Origin: Octopus bimaculoides | Taxonomy: Eukaryota | Direction: 5' to 3' | Length of the DNA stretch: 64,000 nucleotides | Assembly (NCBI RefSeq): GCF_001194135.2 | Contig: NC_068995.1 | Coordinates: 16,036,405-16,100,404, forward strand | Shown here: positions 12,430 through 24,870 of the stretch, piece after piece | Layout of the letters: the number at the start of each line of letters is the position of its first letter | How positions within the stretch are numbered: position 1 is the first letter of the stretch | Made by a program: the position numbers and the translations under genes | Notes under the pieces: model-generated | Databases searched by the model: none | Told to the model about the DNA's origin: nothing | Seen by the model: the letters and a program-made list of their open reading frames with translations, nothing else

Positions 12430-13900
12430 TGACAAAATGTACTTCCTTTGTTTTCACTGCGCTCTCCTCTTCCAAACGGGTCTGAAGTTTTTTCATTATA
12501 TCATCTGTCCATTCTCCTGGAAATTTTCCGACTATTCTGTTCTGACCCCTTGGATACCTTTTGGCAACTGCACAAAACAACAAGTTCGTTCGAGAGGAAC
12601 GTGTGTTTTCGGTATTTCGCAATTACATCGTTCATTCCACTCAAATCGATTCAGATGTGCTCCAAAATGATATTCCAAGCTTGGATCTTTCCATGGCTTT
12701 CTGTATAGTTATTTGTTGCTCTTCCTTTCTTGTAGTAGTCCATGTCTCAGTTTGCGTATAGGAGCACTGGTAGGACTGCGGCATTGAAGAGACTGGTACG
12801 TACGGTCTTATCCGTCCGTGCTTTGAACATGTCTTTGATAGATGCAAATCCTTACCACACAAGACTTACTTTGCTTAATTTCAGCATTCATATCTCCGTA
12901 TATATTTACTGCCTGTACCAAGTAAACGTACTCTTTTACCTTCTCAATTTCATCGCCTCTCCTTATTAAGGCACCTTGTGCTACGTTTTCTGGTCCTATG
13001 TTTTTTCTTTTCATGTAGTATATTTCAAAATCGGAATATACATCTCTGTCAGCATGACTTGCAACTTAGCTGAAGATTCTACAATGAGTACGATGTAATC
13101 TGCTAATCAGAAGTGTGTGAGTAGCTATTTGATGATGATGATGATGCTACCTTTCCAAACAAAGTCTTTCATGACTATTTGGATACATACGGTGAAGTGA
13201 TATGAAGAAGTGGTCTCCTTGTTTCATGCCTTTTCAAATTGAAGACCTAATGGAAGTGACACTAGAGTTATATCGTTGATACAATCCGAGAGGCTGTCCC
13301 TGGCATGCATTGTATATGATATGCTCGATTCGTTGCATCTGCTGTGATTTCAGTATTGCATTTACCTCAATACTATCATGGACTTTTCTGTAATAAACGA
13401 AGGCGAATCAGAGACGCATGTGATATTCTTTTCGCTCGTTCTCGAAGCTGTGTTAGAACGTATATGTGATCTATTGTGCTGTAGTTCTTCCGATGTGTTT
13501 CAGATACACCAAGACCGGTATTTCCAAGTATGTTATTTTATCGACAAGTAATTTTAGTTAATATTTTTTGTAAAGTATTTTCACTATTCGCGATCAACGT
13601 TACCGAGAAAGTTTTAGCATCCTCTGTCCTGTGAACATCCGATACTGGGAGTCATTTGAGTGAAAGTGTTCATACGAAATGTCATAAGGTAAAAATCATA
13701 CTGAGCATTTTCCAAGGACTCCCTAGGTAATTGTGTCCAGAGTGAGAGACCTTGTTTACTACAACGGTACGCTGCTGTATTGCGTAGAAGCATAGATTCC
13801 CTACTTCTGTGAAAACGGTTGGTAGAATACTCGTCAGCCACTTCCAAGAAGTCGGAGTAGGACTGATAGTATATTATTTTAAGATTAGGTAAAAGATGCA
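12430..13900 (-). mobile_element. Decayed RTE LINE (RT domain to C-terminus)
   Basis: Collinear broken motifs: FAFVYYRKVHDSIE, GMKQGD, LTHF*LADYIVLI, EIEKVKEYVYLVQAVN, ETWTTTRKEEQQ..QKAMERSKLGIS, WTDDIMKK. Confidence 0.8.
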
Positions 13901-14099
13901 AGATTCTGTGACTGAGCAAAGAAATGACTGCACTGGATAATTCTGAAGAACTTAACACACATTTTGAGTTTCTTTACATTGTGATATCAGATGATTCGCA
14001 GAATGTATAAAACATTAAGGAACACAATCTGAATCAGGCTGGATATCGGTCAGTTTCTTAGAGGTAGACTGTACAACCCTTTTATACCCCTAATTGCCA

Positions 14100-14440
14100 T
14101 CTACGTAACAGAAACACGAGACCTAAAATATAAGGAGATATGAAGATCAACAGTTATTGAAATGTTGTGTTTGCCGTATATACTAATGATATCATGATAA
14201 GACACCCATATAACATGCATTCTTATCACTCCAATAAGATGGAAAAGATTAAAATAGTTTGGCAAATTAATGAGGAGACTACAGAAAACTAAGTAGAGAA
14301 GACATTCTGTCATAGCTTCCAAAATAATTCACCACGTGGTAAGATAGCTTACCGGTTGGAACCCCTAGATACGTAACAAAAGGCTATCTCTCTCGAGAAA
14401 GTCAAGGATTATTGGCACTGGTACAGCTGAGAGTCAAAGA
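14100..14440 (+). mobile_element. Possible RTE C-terminal remnant
   Basis: RWKRLK*FGKLMRR resembles RRLKWFGHLMRR. Confidence 0.3.
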
Positions 14441-15138
14441 AAGACTGAGCAGTGAAGAACAATGTGCATACTGTGTGCGTGTGTATGCAAATATAGAATT
14501 ATCTTTTAACAACAGTATTATCTTGTAACAATTCTTGTAACAATTTGGCTATCACTAAGTGAAGACGTTATGACGAAAGATTTGCCGCAGAGGTGAAAAC
14601 TTGTTATAGAAATATCGCTAAAACTGTTCAAAGAAGTTGGTATTTTGGCATGGGCTTCGCTGTTAATAATTAAATCGAACAAAAGAACTAATCAGGAAAT
14701 GTCACATTAAATATTGAAAATTTTTCAATGTGACAGTTCTCAATAACAATGAATCCGAGAAACTAACGATGTTTTTGGTCTTACAATAGCAATGAATACA
14801 CAGCGTAAGTTCATTCATGAGATGTCCAGATATAGCACATTTTTTCAGGTAGGTTTCTAATTTCTTCATTTCAGACATTATTAGTTCAGAACACTTCATA
14901 AACTTCTCAAATGCCAGCACCAAAGTAGAGGTTAGAAATTTAGGAGACCAGTGATATTCCAATAGAAACCACAATTATACAAATTAGAATTAAGGAAAAT
15001 GGGTAGGGAATTATTTCCAGTTAAGATGCTACTGAAGATCATAAACTCTGAAAAAGACACCTTGTTTAATAATGGCGATCGACTTGTTTTTTTCTTCCTT
15101 TTTCTGTATTGCGGGTATTGAACTATCGATAGTACGAA

Positions 15139-15139
15139 A

Positions 15140-15201
<62 letters not shown>

Positions 15202-15226
15202 ATAATAATAATAATAATAATAATAA
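15139..15226. repeat. Compound (ACT)n(AAT)n microsatellite
   Basis: Direct read. Confidence 0.95.
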
Positions 15227-15756
15227 ATACCCTGGTGCAGTACCAGGCAGAGCCTCCCATGGCGTTTGATCTTAACTCATTGGAAGTGTTATCATATAAA
15301 TTGTGTTGTCTTGGTATAAAAGATGGACTACAGCAAATATTCTGCTCAATACCACAGATTTGCTTGTCAATTGCTTGACCATAACCATTTGAGCATGTCT
15401 TAGTCGCTGACGATATGTGCATTTCTGATCACAAGCAGAAGTAGTGCGGGAGCATCAAAGCCATGTGCTGAGAGGAATTCTTTCGGGTTTGGATAATCCA
15501 CCTTTGGAACTATGGGTGTTTTGTTCAACATCCTAAACAACACTTATTCAGGGACCTTTTGAGCAGGATGGGCTACTCTAACTGAAGAAAATTCTAACTG
15601 GGCTCCGCCTGCAAGGTCATGTGCTGTTTATCTTAATAGGAAACCACTATGCTGCGCACATATGGCTGTGATGCATGTGCCTGGTGTGCCCTTATCACAC
15701 GGGTAGTATATGTTACCCCAATGTGACTTTGAAGGCATGCACTTCTCTCTCACTCA

Positions 15757-15757
<1 letters not shown>
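15227..15757 (+). mobile_element. Non-coding interspersed repeat (about 530 bp) embedded in (TAA)n
   Basis: (AAT)n on the left and (TAA)n at 15758-15812 on the right; a second partial copy at about 42050-42230. Confidence 0.75.
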
Positions 15758-15813
<56 letters not shown>

Positions 15814-16073
15814 TCTATATTAGGTTGGGAAAATAAACTTGATCAGTCAAAACAGTAGTAATATAAAATATATTCCGATTAATGCACCAGTTGTAAATAA
15901 TTTACAGCTTTTCAATAGAATTACCGGAAGTTCAGAACATTGCTCTAATAATGACGTTACCATATTGACAAAACGATCCTTCTTGAAGTGTCAACTGAGC
16001 ACCTCCTACACCCCTCTTACCAGTCAGCGCAAGCATTGAGATAATGGTTACCATGGAACAATAGAGAACTCTA

Positions 16074-16119
<46 letters not shown>

Positions 16120-16129
16120 GTACATACAC

Positions 16130-16187
<58 letters not shown>

Positions 16188-16444
16188 CTATCTATTTATC
16201 TTTCTATCTATCTATCTATCTATACATACATACATAGATACACAAACACGCACCTACACATTTAAAAAAAACATATGTGTATATATATGTATATATATAT
16301 CTATACATACATATATATACATATACATATAAATATATATATGAATATTTCTCTCTGTTAGTGCGCCTGTCTAGTTGTCTATCTTTCTCTCTCGTTCACT
16401 CTCTTGCTCTCTCTCTTACTCACTCTCTCGCTCTCTCTATTTCA

Positions 16445-16477
<33 letters not shown>

Positions 16478-16654
16478 TGCATATATATTCTCACTTTGTA
16501 TATACATACATATATGCATACATAGACAAAAACACACACACACACACACATATATATATGTGTATGCATATATATTTATATGTATTATGTATGTGTGTAT
16601 ATATGTATATATATATATAGATACATACGTATACATATGTACATATAAATATGC

Positions 16655-16710
<56 letters not shown>

Positions 16711-17289
16711 TATATATATATATGTATGTATACGTATACGTATACACATATATATATATATGTATATATAAGTATGCATACACACCCACCCACATTTGCA
16801 TAATATATATACACACATATATATACATTCTTAAGCCTGTGTGGCATTGATATACAATAGGTAACAATTGAGGCTTGTTCTGTTGAGGTCGTTTGCATTG
16901 CTTAATGAACATCTCTTCTTTTCTTTTTATTCCTCCCTTACATGTTATGTCTCCTCTCCACTGCCTTCCGCTTTTTTTCCACTGCTTTAAATAACTCCCC
17001 CCCCCCTCACACTTGCTGATTACCGCGGCTTAGGCGTCCCAGGAGAGCTGTTCTACTGCCCTACTGTTTTTTCACCCTCCTGGGGCATCTTAATCCGTCG
17101 AACAGGTTATGCTTGAATAACTGAGCAGTATTGCCTTTTTACATAATGCCATTTTCATCCATCCATGCATATATACATTCATACATTCATGCATATGTAT
17201 TATCTGTGTGTGTGGGGGTGTGGGGTGTGCGTGTGTGTGTGTGTGTGTGTATATGTAGGTATGTATGTGTGTATGTATTTATCATTTCG

Positions 17290-17880
17290 TTTTAGAAGAG
17301 AGTTATGAACCAGTAAGTCGCTTAGGTTACGGACGCATTTGAAGGAAGGCAAGGATGTGTTGGGAAAAACAGGGAAGATGGTGTGATCGGACTTGGTGAC
17401 AGCAGAAGGCCAGTAGGATTTTCTGACGACGGGGCAAGATGGAGGGGTGGAAAATGAGGGGAAAGAGGAGGCGGTTGGGAGACCGGTGAACGGAAGGAGA
17501 AAGGGATGAAGTGCAATCAACTTGGCGGCCACTGGCAAGGGTGACCTGTACAAGTGTAGAGGGGTATCCGGGATGAGCGAACTGGAGAGCCAGATATTGA
17601 GTGTGAGTCACAAAATCCTGATCGCGGACGCACAGAGGTCGGAGATTGAGAAATTGGGAATAGAACGTTTGGTGTGGGAGGACGAAAAGTTGAGGTAGAT
17701 GTGGAAGCCAGTATGTTTGAAAAAGGTGGAAGCATTGAAAGGGTAGGCAAGGGGAGCAACAGAATGAAAGATATCAAGAAAGCTGACACAAGTGTCAGAG
17801 ATCACAGAGGTGAACTCAAGGAAACGAAAGCAATAAAGTTGGTGAGTTGCTCACGAGAGAGGGAGGTACCGCTCCAGTGC
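17290..17880 (-). mobile_element. Penelope-like element fragment (RT thumb region upstream of the GIY-YIG domain)
   Basis: Broken frames: GTSLSREQLTNFIAF, EFTSVISDTCVSFLDI, YLNFSSSHTKRSIP, IFP..SFKCVRNLSDLLVHNSL. Confidence 0.85.
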
Positions 17881-17910
17881 AGTGTGTGTGTCGGTATCCG
17901 TGTATGTGTG

Positions 17911-18477
17911 TCACCTGGATCACCTGGATCGGCCAGGTTATCTGGTGCTGAGTCGGCTCCACTGGCCACAACATTTGTTCCATTCCCCTCGTGCTCTCGG
18001 CAATCTTCTCCACGTTGCTCCAGACATTTTTTCCTCAATCCCCTTCCCAGCTGAATTGAGGTCTTCTTGGTGGTCTCTTCCGCTCGCACAGGTACCACTC
18101 GACAACTGCACGGGTCCACCGATCTTCTCTGAACCTTGTTACACTGACACGCCTATCGTAGCTTTGCGTGGTGATATTCTACGACGACGTCCTTCACTCC
18201 AGTTCTATCCCTGATCTCCTCATTCCGGATGTGATCACTCAGCGAGATTCCCAGCATCGACATTTCTATGACTCTCTGCACTGTAAGCAGATGTTCTTCT
18301 CTCTTCGTCAAGGCCCAAGTCTCACATGCGTATAGCGTTGCGGGTAAGACTGTGCTGTTGGAGAGATGAGCGTGAGCTTCCCAGTCAAATCCTTCACCGA
18401 GTTGAGCGCTCTCTGTCCTGTTCTTACACTTCACGAGATCTCATTCTCCATCTCTCGCTTCACAATCACTTCACGGC
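17911..18477 (-). mobile_element. RTE LINE 3' portion with native stop and short-repeat tail
   Basis: REVIVKREMENEIS, NSTVLPATLYACETWALT, HIRNEEIRDRTGVKD, DRWTRAVVEWY, GATWRR..GQWSRLSTR* (stop 17938-17940), then a (GATCCAGGT)-type repeat at 17911-17930. Confidence 0.9.
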
Positions 18478-18712
18478 ATGTCTCGAGATGGTCATACACA
18501 TCTAAGATTTGCTGATGACATAGCGCTGAAAGCAGAGAGCACCGATGAGTAACAGACCATGCTGGAGAAACTGGATTTCAGGGATTTGGCGGTGGGCGGT
18601 CGGCCTGAAGATCAACCAAGTACATAAGGTCTGATGGGGTAGCAATCGGTAACCTAACAGTCGGAGGAGATGAAATAGAAGAGGTGAGCAGGTATGAATA
18701 TCTCGATCAAGG
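18478..18712 (+). mobile_element. Inverted 5' portion of the same RTE LINE (RT core)
   Basis: Plus-strand THLRFADDIAL..MLEKL, VGLKINQ, VGGDEIEEVSRYEYLDQ. Confidence 0.85.
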
Positions 18713-18724
18713 TATATATATATA

Positions 18725-19076
18725 CACCGCCTTTAGTCGAGGAAATCGACCCCCAGGACTTATTCTTTGTAAGCCTAGTACTTATTCTATCGGTCTCTTT
18801 AGACAAACCGCTAAGTTACGGAGACGTAAACACACCAGCATCGGTTGTCAAGTGATGTTGGGTGGGGGGAGATAACCACAGACACACTAACATATACACA
18901 CACATACATATATATATACATAAACGACGGGCTTCTTTCAGTTTCCGTCTACCAAATCCACTCTCAAGGCTTTGGCCGACCCGAGGCTATAGTTGAAGAC
19001 ACTTACCCAAGGTGCCAAGCAGTGGGACTGAACCCAGAACCATGTGGTTGGTAAGCAAGCTACTTACAACACAGCC
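18725..19076 (-). mobile_element. SINE family A copy running into a gap
   Basis: Reverse-complement match to 49316-49741. Confidence 0.9.
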
Positions 19077-19505
19077 NNNNNNNNNNNNNNNNNNNNNNNN
19101 NNNNNNNNNNNNNNNNNNNNNNNNNNNNNNNNNNNNNNNNNNNNNNNNNNNNNNNNNNNNNNNNNNNNNNNNNNNNNNNNNNNNNNNNNNNNNNNNNNNN
19201 NNNNNNNNNNNNNNNNNNNNNNNNNNNNNNNNNNNNNNNNNNNNNNNNNNNNNNNNNNNNNNNNNNNNNNNNNNNNNNNNNNNNNNNNNNNNNNNNNNNN
19301 NNNNNNNNNNNNNNNNNNNNNNNNNNNNNNNNNNNNNNNNNNNNNNNNNNNNNNNNNNNNNNNNNNNNNNNNNNNNNNNNNNNNNNNNNNNNNNNNNNNN
19401 NNNNNNNNNNNNNNNNNNNNNNNNNNNNNNNNNNNNNNNNNNNNNNNCATTATGACTTATCTTCAATAGATAAACTGCTAGAAACCGTCATCACTGTTAT
19501 TTTTG

Positions 19506-19514
19506 CTGCTGCTG

Positions 19515-19572
<58 letters not shown>

Positions 19573-19573
19573 A

Positions 19574-19608
<35 letters not shown>

Positions 19609-19612
19609 AACA

Positions 19613-19677
<65 letters not shown>

Positions 19678-19730
19678 AAATACTACTACTACTACTACTA
19701 AGTAGTAGTAAATGAGTATTGTTATTAATA

Positions 19731-19763
<33 letters not shown>

Positions 19764-19782
19764 GTAGTAGTAGTAGTAGTTG
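19506..19782. repeat. Compound (GCT)/(ACT)/(AGT)/(ATT) microsatellite
   Basis: Direct read. Confidence 0.95.
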
Positions 19783-19863
19783 TAAATGCGTATTGTTATT
19801 AGAAGAATTCTGAATTTATTATGAAGGCAGCTTTATTTGGGAGAGATGACATAATCTTCATAG

Positions 19864-19926
19864 CCTTAAAAGATACTCCATTATTTACTCATTTACCGAA
19901 TAACTGGTGGTTATTAATCATTCCTT
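19864..19926 (+). CDS. Candidate 63-nt phase-1 exon, stalk to start of a transmembrane segment
   Basis: tcttcatag acceptor and CCTT/gtaagt donor; peptide LKDTPLFTHLPNNWWLLIIP. Confidence 0.35.
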
Positions 19927-20135
19927 GTAAGTCGAGTTGTTGTCAGAGCAGGAAGACGCAGCATGAATGATAACATATGTGATATTCAGGAAATCTGCAA
20001 ACTGTAATTTCATTTTGAAGTTTTTATTGAAAGTGTAGCTATTTCGCAATCGTACAAAGAATAACAGGAAGAGCTAAAAGCCCTGTCTAACCTTGACATA
20101 TCAACTGGCTTCTTCTCTTGTTATGTTACCTACAG

Positions 20136-20174
20136 GCCTCTCTGTTTATCTTAGTTCATTTATATGGGAAATTT
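20136..20174 (+). CDS. Candidate 39-nt phase-1 exon completing a hydrophobic segment
   Basis: Pyrimidine-rich acceptor ending cctacag and ATTT/gtatgg donor; CLSVYLSSFIWEI in phase with 19864-19926. Confidence 0.25.
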
Positions 20175-21165
20175 GTATGGATTGTTTTTAAAGTAAAAAC
20201 ATATGAACACCAGGAAATTAAGAAAATTATTGTTGGTTTACTTGAGTAAAATATCCTTTGAATAAAATTTATAATATTTAACATGCTCTTCTACGAAAAT
20301 AGAATGAGAGTCTCTCTAAGTTTGGGTAGGGCTCTCATTTGTGTAGAAAGCGAGTTGTGTTAGATCACAATAATATGATGGGAGAGTGTGTGTACAGTGG
20401 AAACAAACGTGCAACGCGGATGTTAATGTGAAGGTCACTTTAAAAAAAGCAAAGAAGACACAATGATAGGGTAAGCAACTTTCCTTTTATATCGGGGGAA
20501 ATGCAACCCATTTATGCATGTTGACCTAATATCAATAAGAAACAGAGCCATCACACCCCTAATACATACAAACATATTCTCCCCACATACATGCATGAGA
20601 ACATTCTCCTCTTGTATGCCAATCTTCCGCCTGTCAGTTCATCTTTTACAATCCCTTGTTCATTAAACTTTTCAGTACTTACCACTTCTTTCCTTTTGGA
20701 GCATATCCAGTAACCATTAGCGGACCTTTTGACTTTGCCTTGACAAGGGAGAACAATTGAAGTCTTTTGCTCAGAAGCACCCATGTCACTGGCTGCACCT
20801 AATCCTGACCTTTCTAACGCTCCCGTTACATAAACTATGCTTGTGCATTTATCTTGCATATGTTCATAATACTAAACTCCAATTATACACAAATTAAACT
20901 AATTCTTCAATATCCACATATACTTCAATATTGAGTTAGCCTTTGTGCAGTTGCTCAATCGCCTAGAAATAACAACCAATTTCTCTCAAACCATGCTTTG
21001 CTGTATTAAGGGAATGATACACTGGCTAAACAGACATTGATATACACATAAAAAAATAGTCAAATTTTTGCAATGTGGAAACAAAGTTCAAGGTGCCACC
21101 AAAATTTTGAGTGGACATTTTGTGAAGCCACTTCCCGGTTCATGTTGTGATATGTAACATTAATC

Positions 21166-21382
21166 ATTGGTTTCAAATTCTGGCACAAGGCCATCAATTT
21201 CAGAGAAGTGGGTAAGTCGATCACATCGACCCCAGTGATTAACTGGTACTTATTTTATCAACTGCAAAAGGATAAACGGCAAAGTCAACCTCGGTATAAC
21301 TTGAACTCAGAACGTAAAGACGGACGAAATGCCGCTAAGAATTTCGCCCGGCGTAGTAACGAATCTGCCAGCTCGCAGCCTT
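21166..21382 (-). mobile_element. SINE family B, near full length
   Basis: Minus-strand head with A-box and B-box (GAGTTCAAG) motifs; matches 49829-50045. Confidence 0.9.
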
Positions 21383-22420
21383 TGTATGAAGCTTTAATTG
21401 TACCAAGAAATACCTCATATTTGAAGACTGAAGAAACGCCTTTAGAATGTTTGTTTCTTTAATGCATTATCGAACAATTGTCTTCTTTCTAATTCTATCA
21501 ATCCTTATAATCATGACCTCTTGCTTCTACCGCCATTATTTTATTGAGAGAAGCCATGATCCTTGATTACCCTTCTGTCCTTGCTAGCTCTACGCATATG
21601 CATGCGTAATATGGACATATGTTTGTTTTGTTTCAATATCTGGTTGCATTTGACTTCTCGTATACGCTTTGATGTATTTTTCATTGATGGATCTCTATGA
21701 CCTTTTTTCCTTTTCTACGAGTCGAATTTTCATCTAGCGAGCATTCTCTAAAACATCAGTGTCCTACCTTTCTTTTTTCTAGCATATTCTATTCTGTATT
21801 CATTTACATAATATTTTCTCTACGTTTAAATTACTTGCATGAATTTTGAAACATATTTATTTTCAAATTCTAGTAGATGAAAATACTGAGTTGGAAGCAC
21901 CTTCGTGGGCTTTGGAATAAGCCTGTACACGCATGGTGAAGAGAGCAAAGCAAGTCCAGAATGTCACACTGCACCCCATACAATTCTTCACTGCACAGCA
22001 CTATGGTCCTCCTTTAGGCAAAGTCATAGTGACCGTGGAAAAATAGATTTGTGGGTTGTTTCAAGTGACATACTAGAATAAAATGATGTACTTATTGCTC
22101 AATCTGAGCTAATTTAGGACTTACAACTACAAGAACCTGTTTCTTGTCACACATCATTTTTCATAATCGATTTGTTAACTGTCACTTCCTTTCTCACTTA
22201 CCTTTATAAACATACATAACTGCCATGTTGTTTGCGTTTCTACGTATACACAGATATATACACGCATGCACGTGTATATAAGTATATACGTATCTCTCTC
22301 TTTCTCTCTGTCTATCTTTCCTTTTATCTTTTTATCTGCCTGTCGGTCTGTCTCTCTATGTATCTATATATTTATCCATCTAACTATCTCTTTCTTTCCC
22401 TCTCACTTTCTGTATTTCTG

Positions 22421-22452
<32 letters not shown>

Positions 22453-23631
22453 GATAGATAGGTAAATACAATAGGATATATAATACCACTTGCTAAAATC
22501 AGACCCAAGGTTCGAAAACCAGCAGAAACTCACTATAAAGATATACACGAGCAATGTATTGCGTTGAATACATTTGTAAGTAATGTAAATTTAAATAGCA
22601 ATTGATTTCACCCTCTCTATGACCATTTAAAATTCATNNNNNNNNNNNNNNNNNNNNNNNNNNNNNNNNNNNNNNNNNNNNNNNNNNNNNNNNNNNNNNN
22701 NNNNNNNNNNNNNNNNNNNNNNNNNNNNNNNNNNNNNNNNNNNNNNNNNNNNNNNNNNNNNNNNNNNNNNNNNNNNNNNNNNNNNNNNNNNNNNNNNNNN
22801 NNNNNNNNNNNNNNNNNNNNNNNNNNNNNNNNNNNNNNNNNNNNNNNNNNNNNNNNNNNNNNNNNNNNNNNNNNNNNNNNNNNNNNNNNNNNNNNNNNNN
22901 NNNNNNNNNNNNNNNNNNNNNNNNNNNNNNNNNNNNNNNNNNNNNNNNNNNNNNNNNNNNNNNNNNNNNNNNNNNNNNNNNNNNNNNNNNNNNNNNNNNN
23001 NNNNNNNNNNNNNNNNNNNNNNNNNNNNNNNNNNNNNNNNNNNNNNNNNNNNNNNNNNNNNNNNNNNNNNNNNNNNNNNNNNNNNNNNNNNNNNNNNNNN
23101 NNNNNNNNNNNNNNNNNNNNNNNNNNNNNNNNNNNNNNNNNNNNNNNNNNNNNNNNNNNNNNNNNNNNNNNNNNNNNNNNNNNNNNNNNNNNNNNNNNNN
23201 NNNNNNNNNNNNNNNNNNNNNNNNNNNNNNNNNNNNNNNNNNNNNNNNNNNNNNNNNNNNNNNNNNNNNNNNNNNNNNNNNNNNNNNNNNNNNNNNNNNN
23301 NNNNNNNNNNNNNNNNNNNNNNNNNNNNNNNNNNNNNNNNNNNNNNNNNNNNNNNNNNNNNNNNNNNNNNNNNNNNNNNNNNNNNNNNNNNNNNNNNNNN
23401 NNNNNNNNNNNNNNNNNNNNNNNNNNNNNNNNNNNNNNNNNNNNNNNNNNNNNNNNNNNNNNNNNNNNNNNNNNNNNNNNNNNNNNNNNNNNNNNNNNNN
23501 NNNNNNNNNNNNNNNNNNNNNNNNNNNNNNNNNNNNNNNNNNNNNNNNNNNNNNNNNNNNNNNNNNNNNNNNNNNNNNNNNNNNNNNNNNNNNNNNNNNN
23601 NNNNNNNNNNNNNNNNNNNNNNNNNNNNNNN

Positions 23632-23663
<32 letters not shown>

Positions 23664-24789
23664 GACTCTTCTGCCGTTAAACGACGGATTCGTGTTCAAC
23701 AATTTTGACCGAACGGACGTGTGTTTTTCTTCTCGTGAGTTCTGCTATTTCTCAATCTAAATTGTGTTATTGTTTCTGAAGTTTGTGCGTCATCGATTCT
23801 AAACCTGCTTAGCAGGCCAAGTATCGAATTGAACTTATTTGCAACTTCTTCTTGTGTAATTTGCATACAAATTTTTGAAATTATGGCTCCCAGCCAAAAC
23901 ATAGACAACACCCATCAATAACAACAGGCTCAACGAAATGTACTAAGAAATGTTCCCAGCACTTCCTGTCGTGAACAGGAGGAGGTGAACCCAGAAAACA
24001 CCCAGAAATATACGACAAATTCCACAAAGGACACCCCATTGTGCAACAATAAAAAAGAATTAACTGACAAAGAAAATGAATTATGCATACCAAACCGATG
24101 CGGTTTCGCGTCGGTTGCAACTACAAACCAAGAAAACATAAAAATTAACCAGGCAAACCTAGAAAAATATAAAAGCTTTGCAAAGCGTGAAGGGAACAAT
24201 ATAAACTTAACCCCACCCGTTGATATAATTCAACAAACTGCTCGAAAAATATCAATATTTAAAACTCATTCACTAAAAAGGAAAAAAGTCGAACATTTGC
24301 CAAAGTAAACAACAGAAAAGTGCCTCAGACCATATGGGGTGATAACAAATACGAAGCAAAATAAAGCTAGGGAGAGAGATGACACTGCTGCGTGTGTTCA
24401 GGACTAGGTGGATGTTAGAGGGCGTGATCGTTGATCATGAATGTGGTCAACTTAAACGTATCACCGTAATCTCCTTTGTGAGAGCAGTGCTCGGTCGTGG
24501 CTTGTGAGGCTTCCATGCTCAACATTTCATCTTGTTGTCTCATCATTACGCTATGTGTAATTTTTACTTTGTTATTTCTTTTTATATTGTTCTTCCATCC
24601 GCCCTTTCAAATCTGTTGTAGACCTCTAATTGTTCTCGTCTGTCCAGTATTGTCCCTCTATATCGGTCCTAGTGGCTAATAAAGAATTAAATTTCTTATC
24701 GAACAACCACACAAATGCTTTGTTTATACTGGCCAAATGTTTGTGCAGATATAAGATCACTCCCTTTCATCAAATCGATATTACTTGTA

Positions 24790-24870
24790 CAGGTGCAACT
24801 GGGTGCCACATGTCAGATGTCGAAATGATCGCAGAACACGCTATATTTAGTTTCAGTTGGTTTTGACTAC
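24790..24870 (-). mobile_element. Frameshifted continuation of Gypsy RNase H
   Basis: After a poly-A slip the next frame reads KPTETKYSVF (cf. KPAETRYSTF). Confidence 0.65.

Noticed and set aside
14702-14974. 90-aa minus ORF with LRR-like leucine spacing, and plus-strand mini-exon candidates at 14737-14930
   Set aside because: No convincing motif; plus candidates contain stops or have mismatched phases
15817-16077. Mariner-like MITE starting TATTAGGTTGG
   Set aside because: The right end matches only about 9 bases
23696-24500. ORFs 23985..24308 and 23696..23911 and a DHIH..PL integrase-like patch near 24440
   Set aside because: Could be further Gypsy debris but the similarity is too short to call
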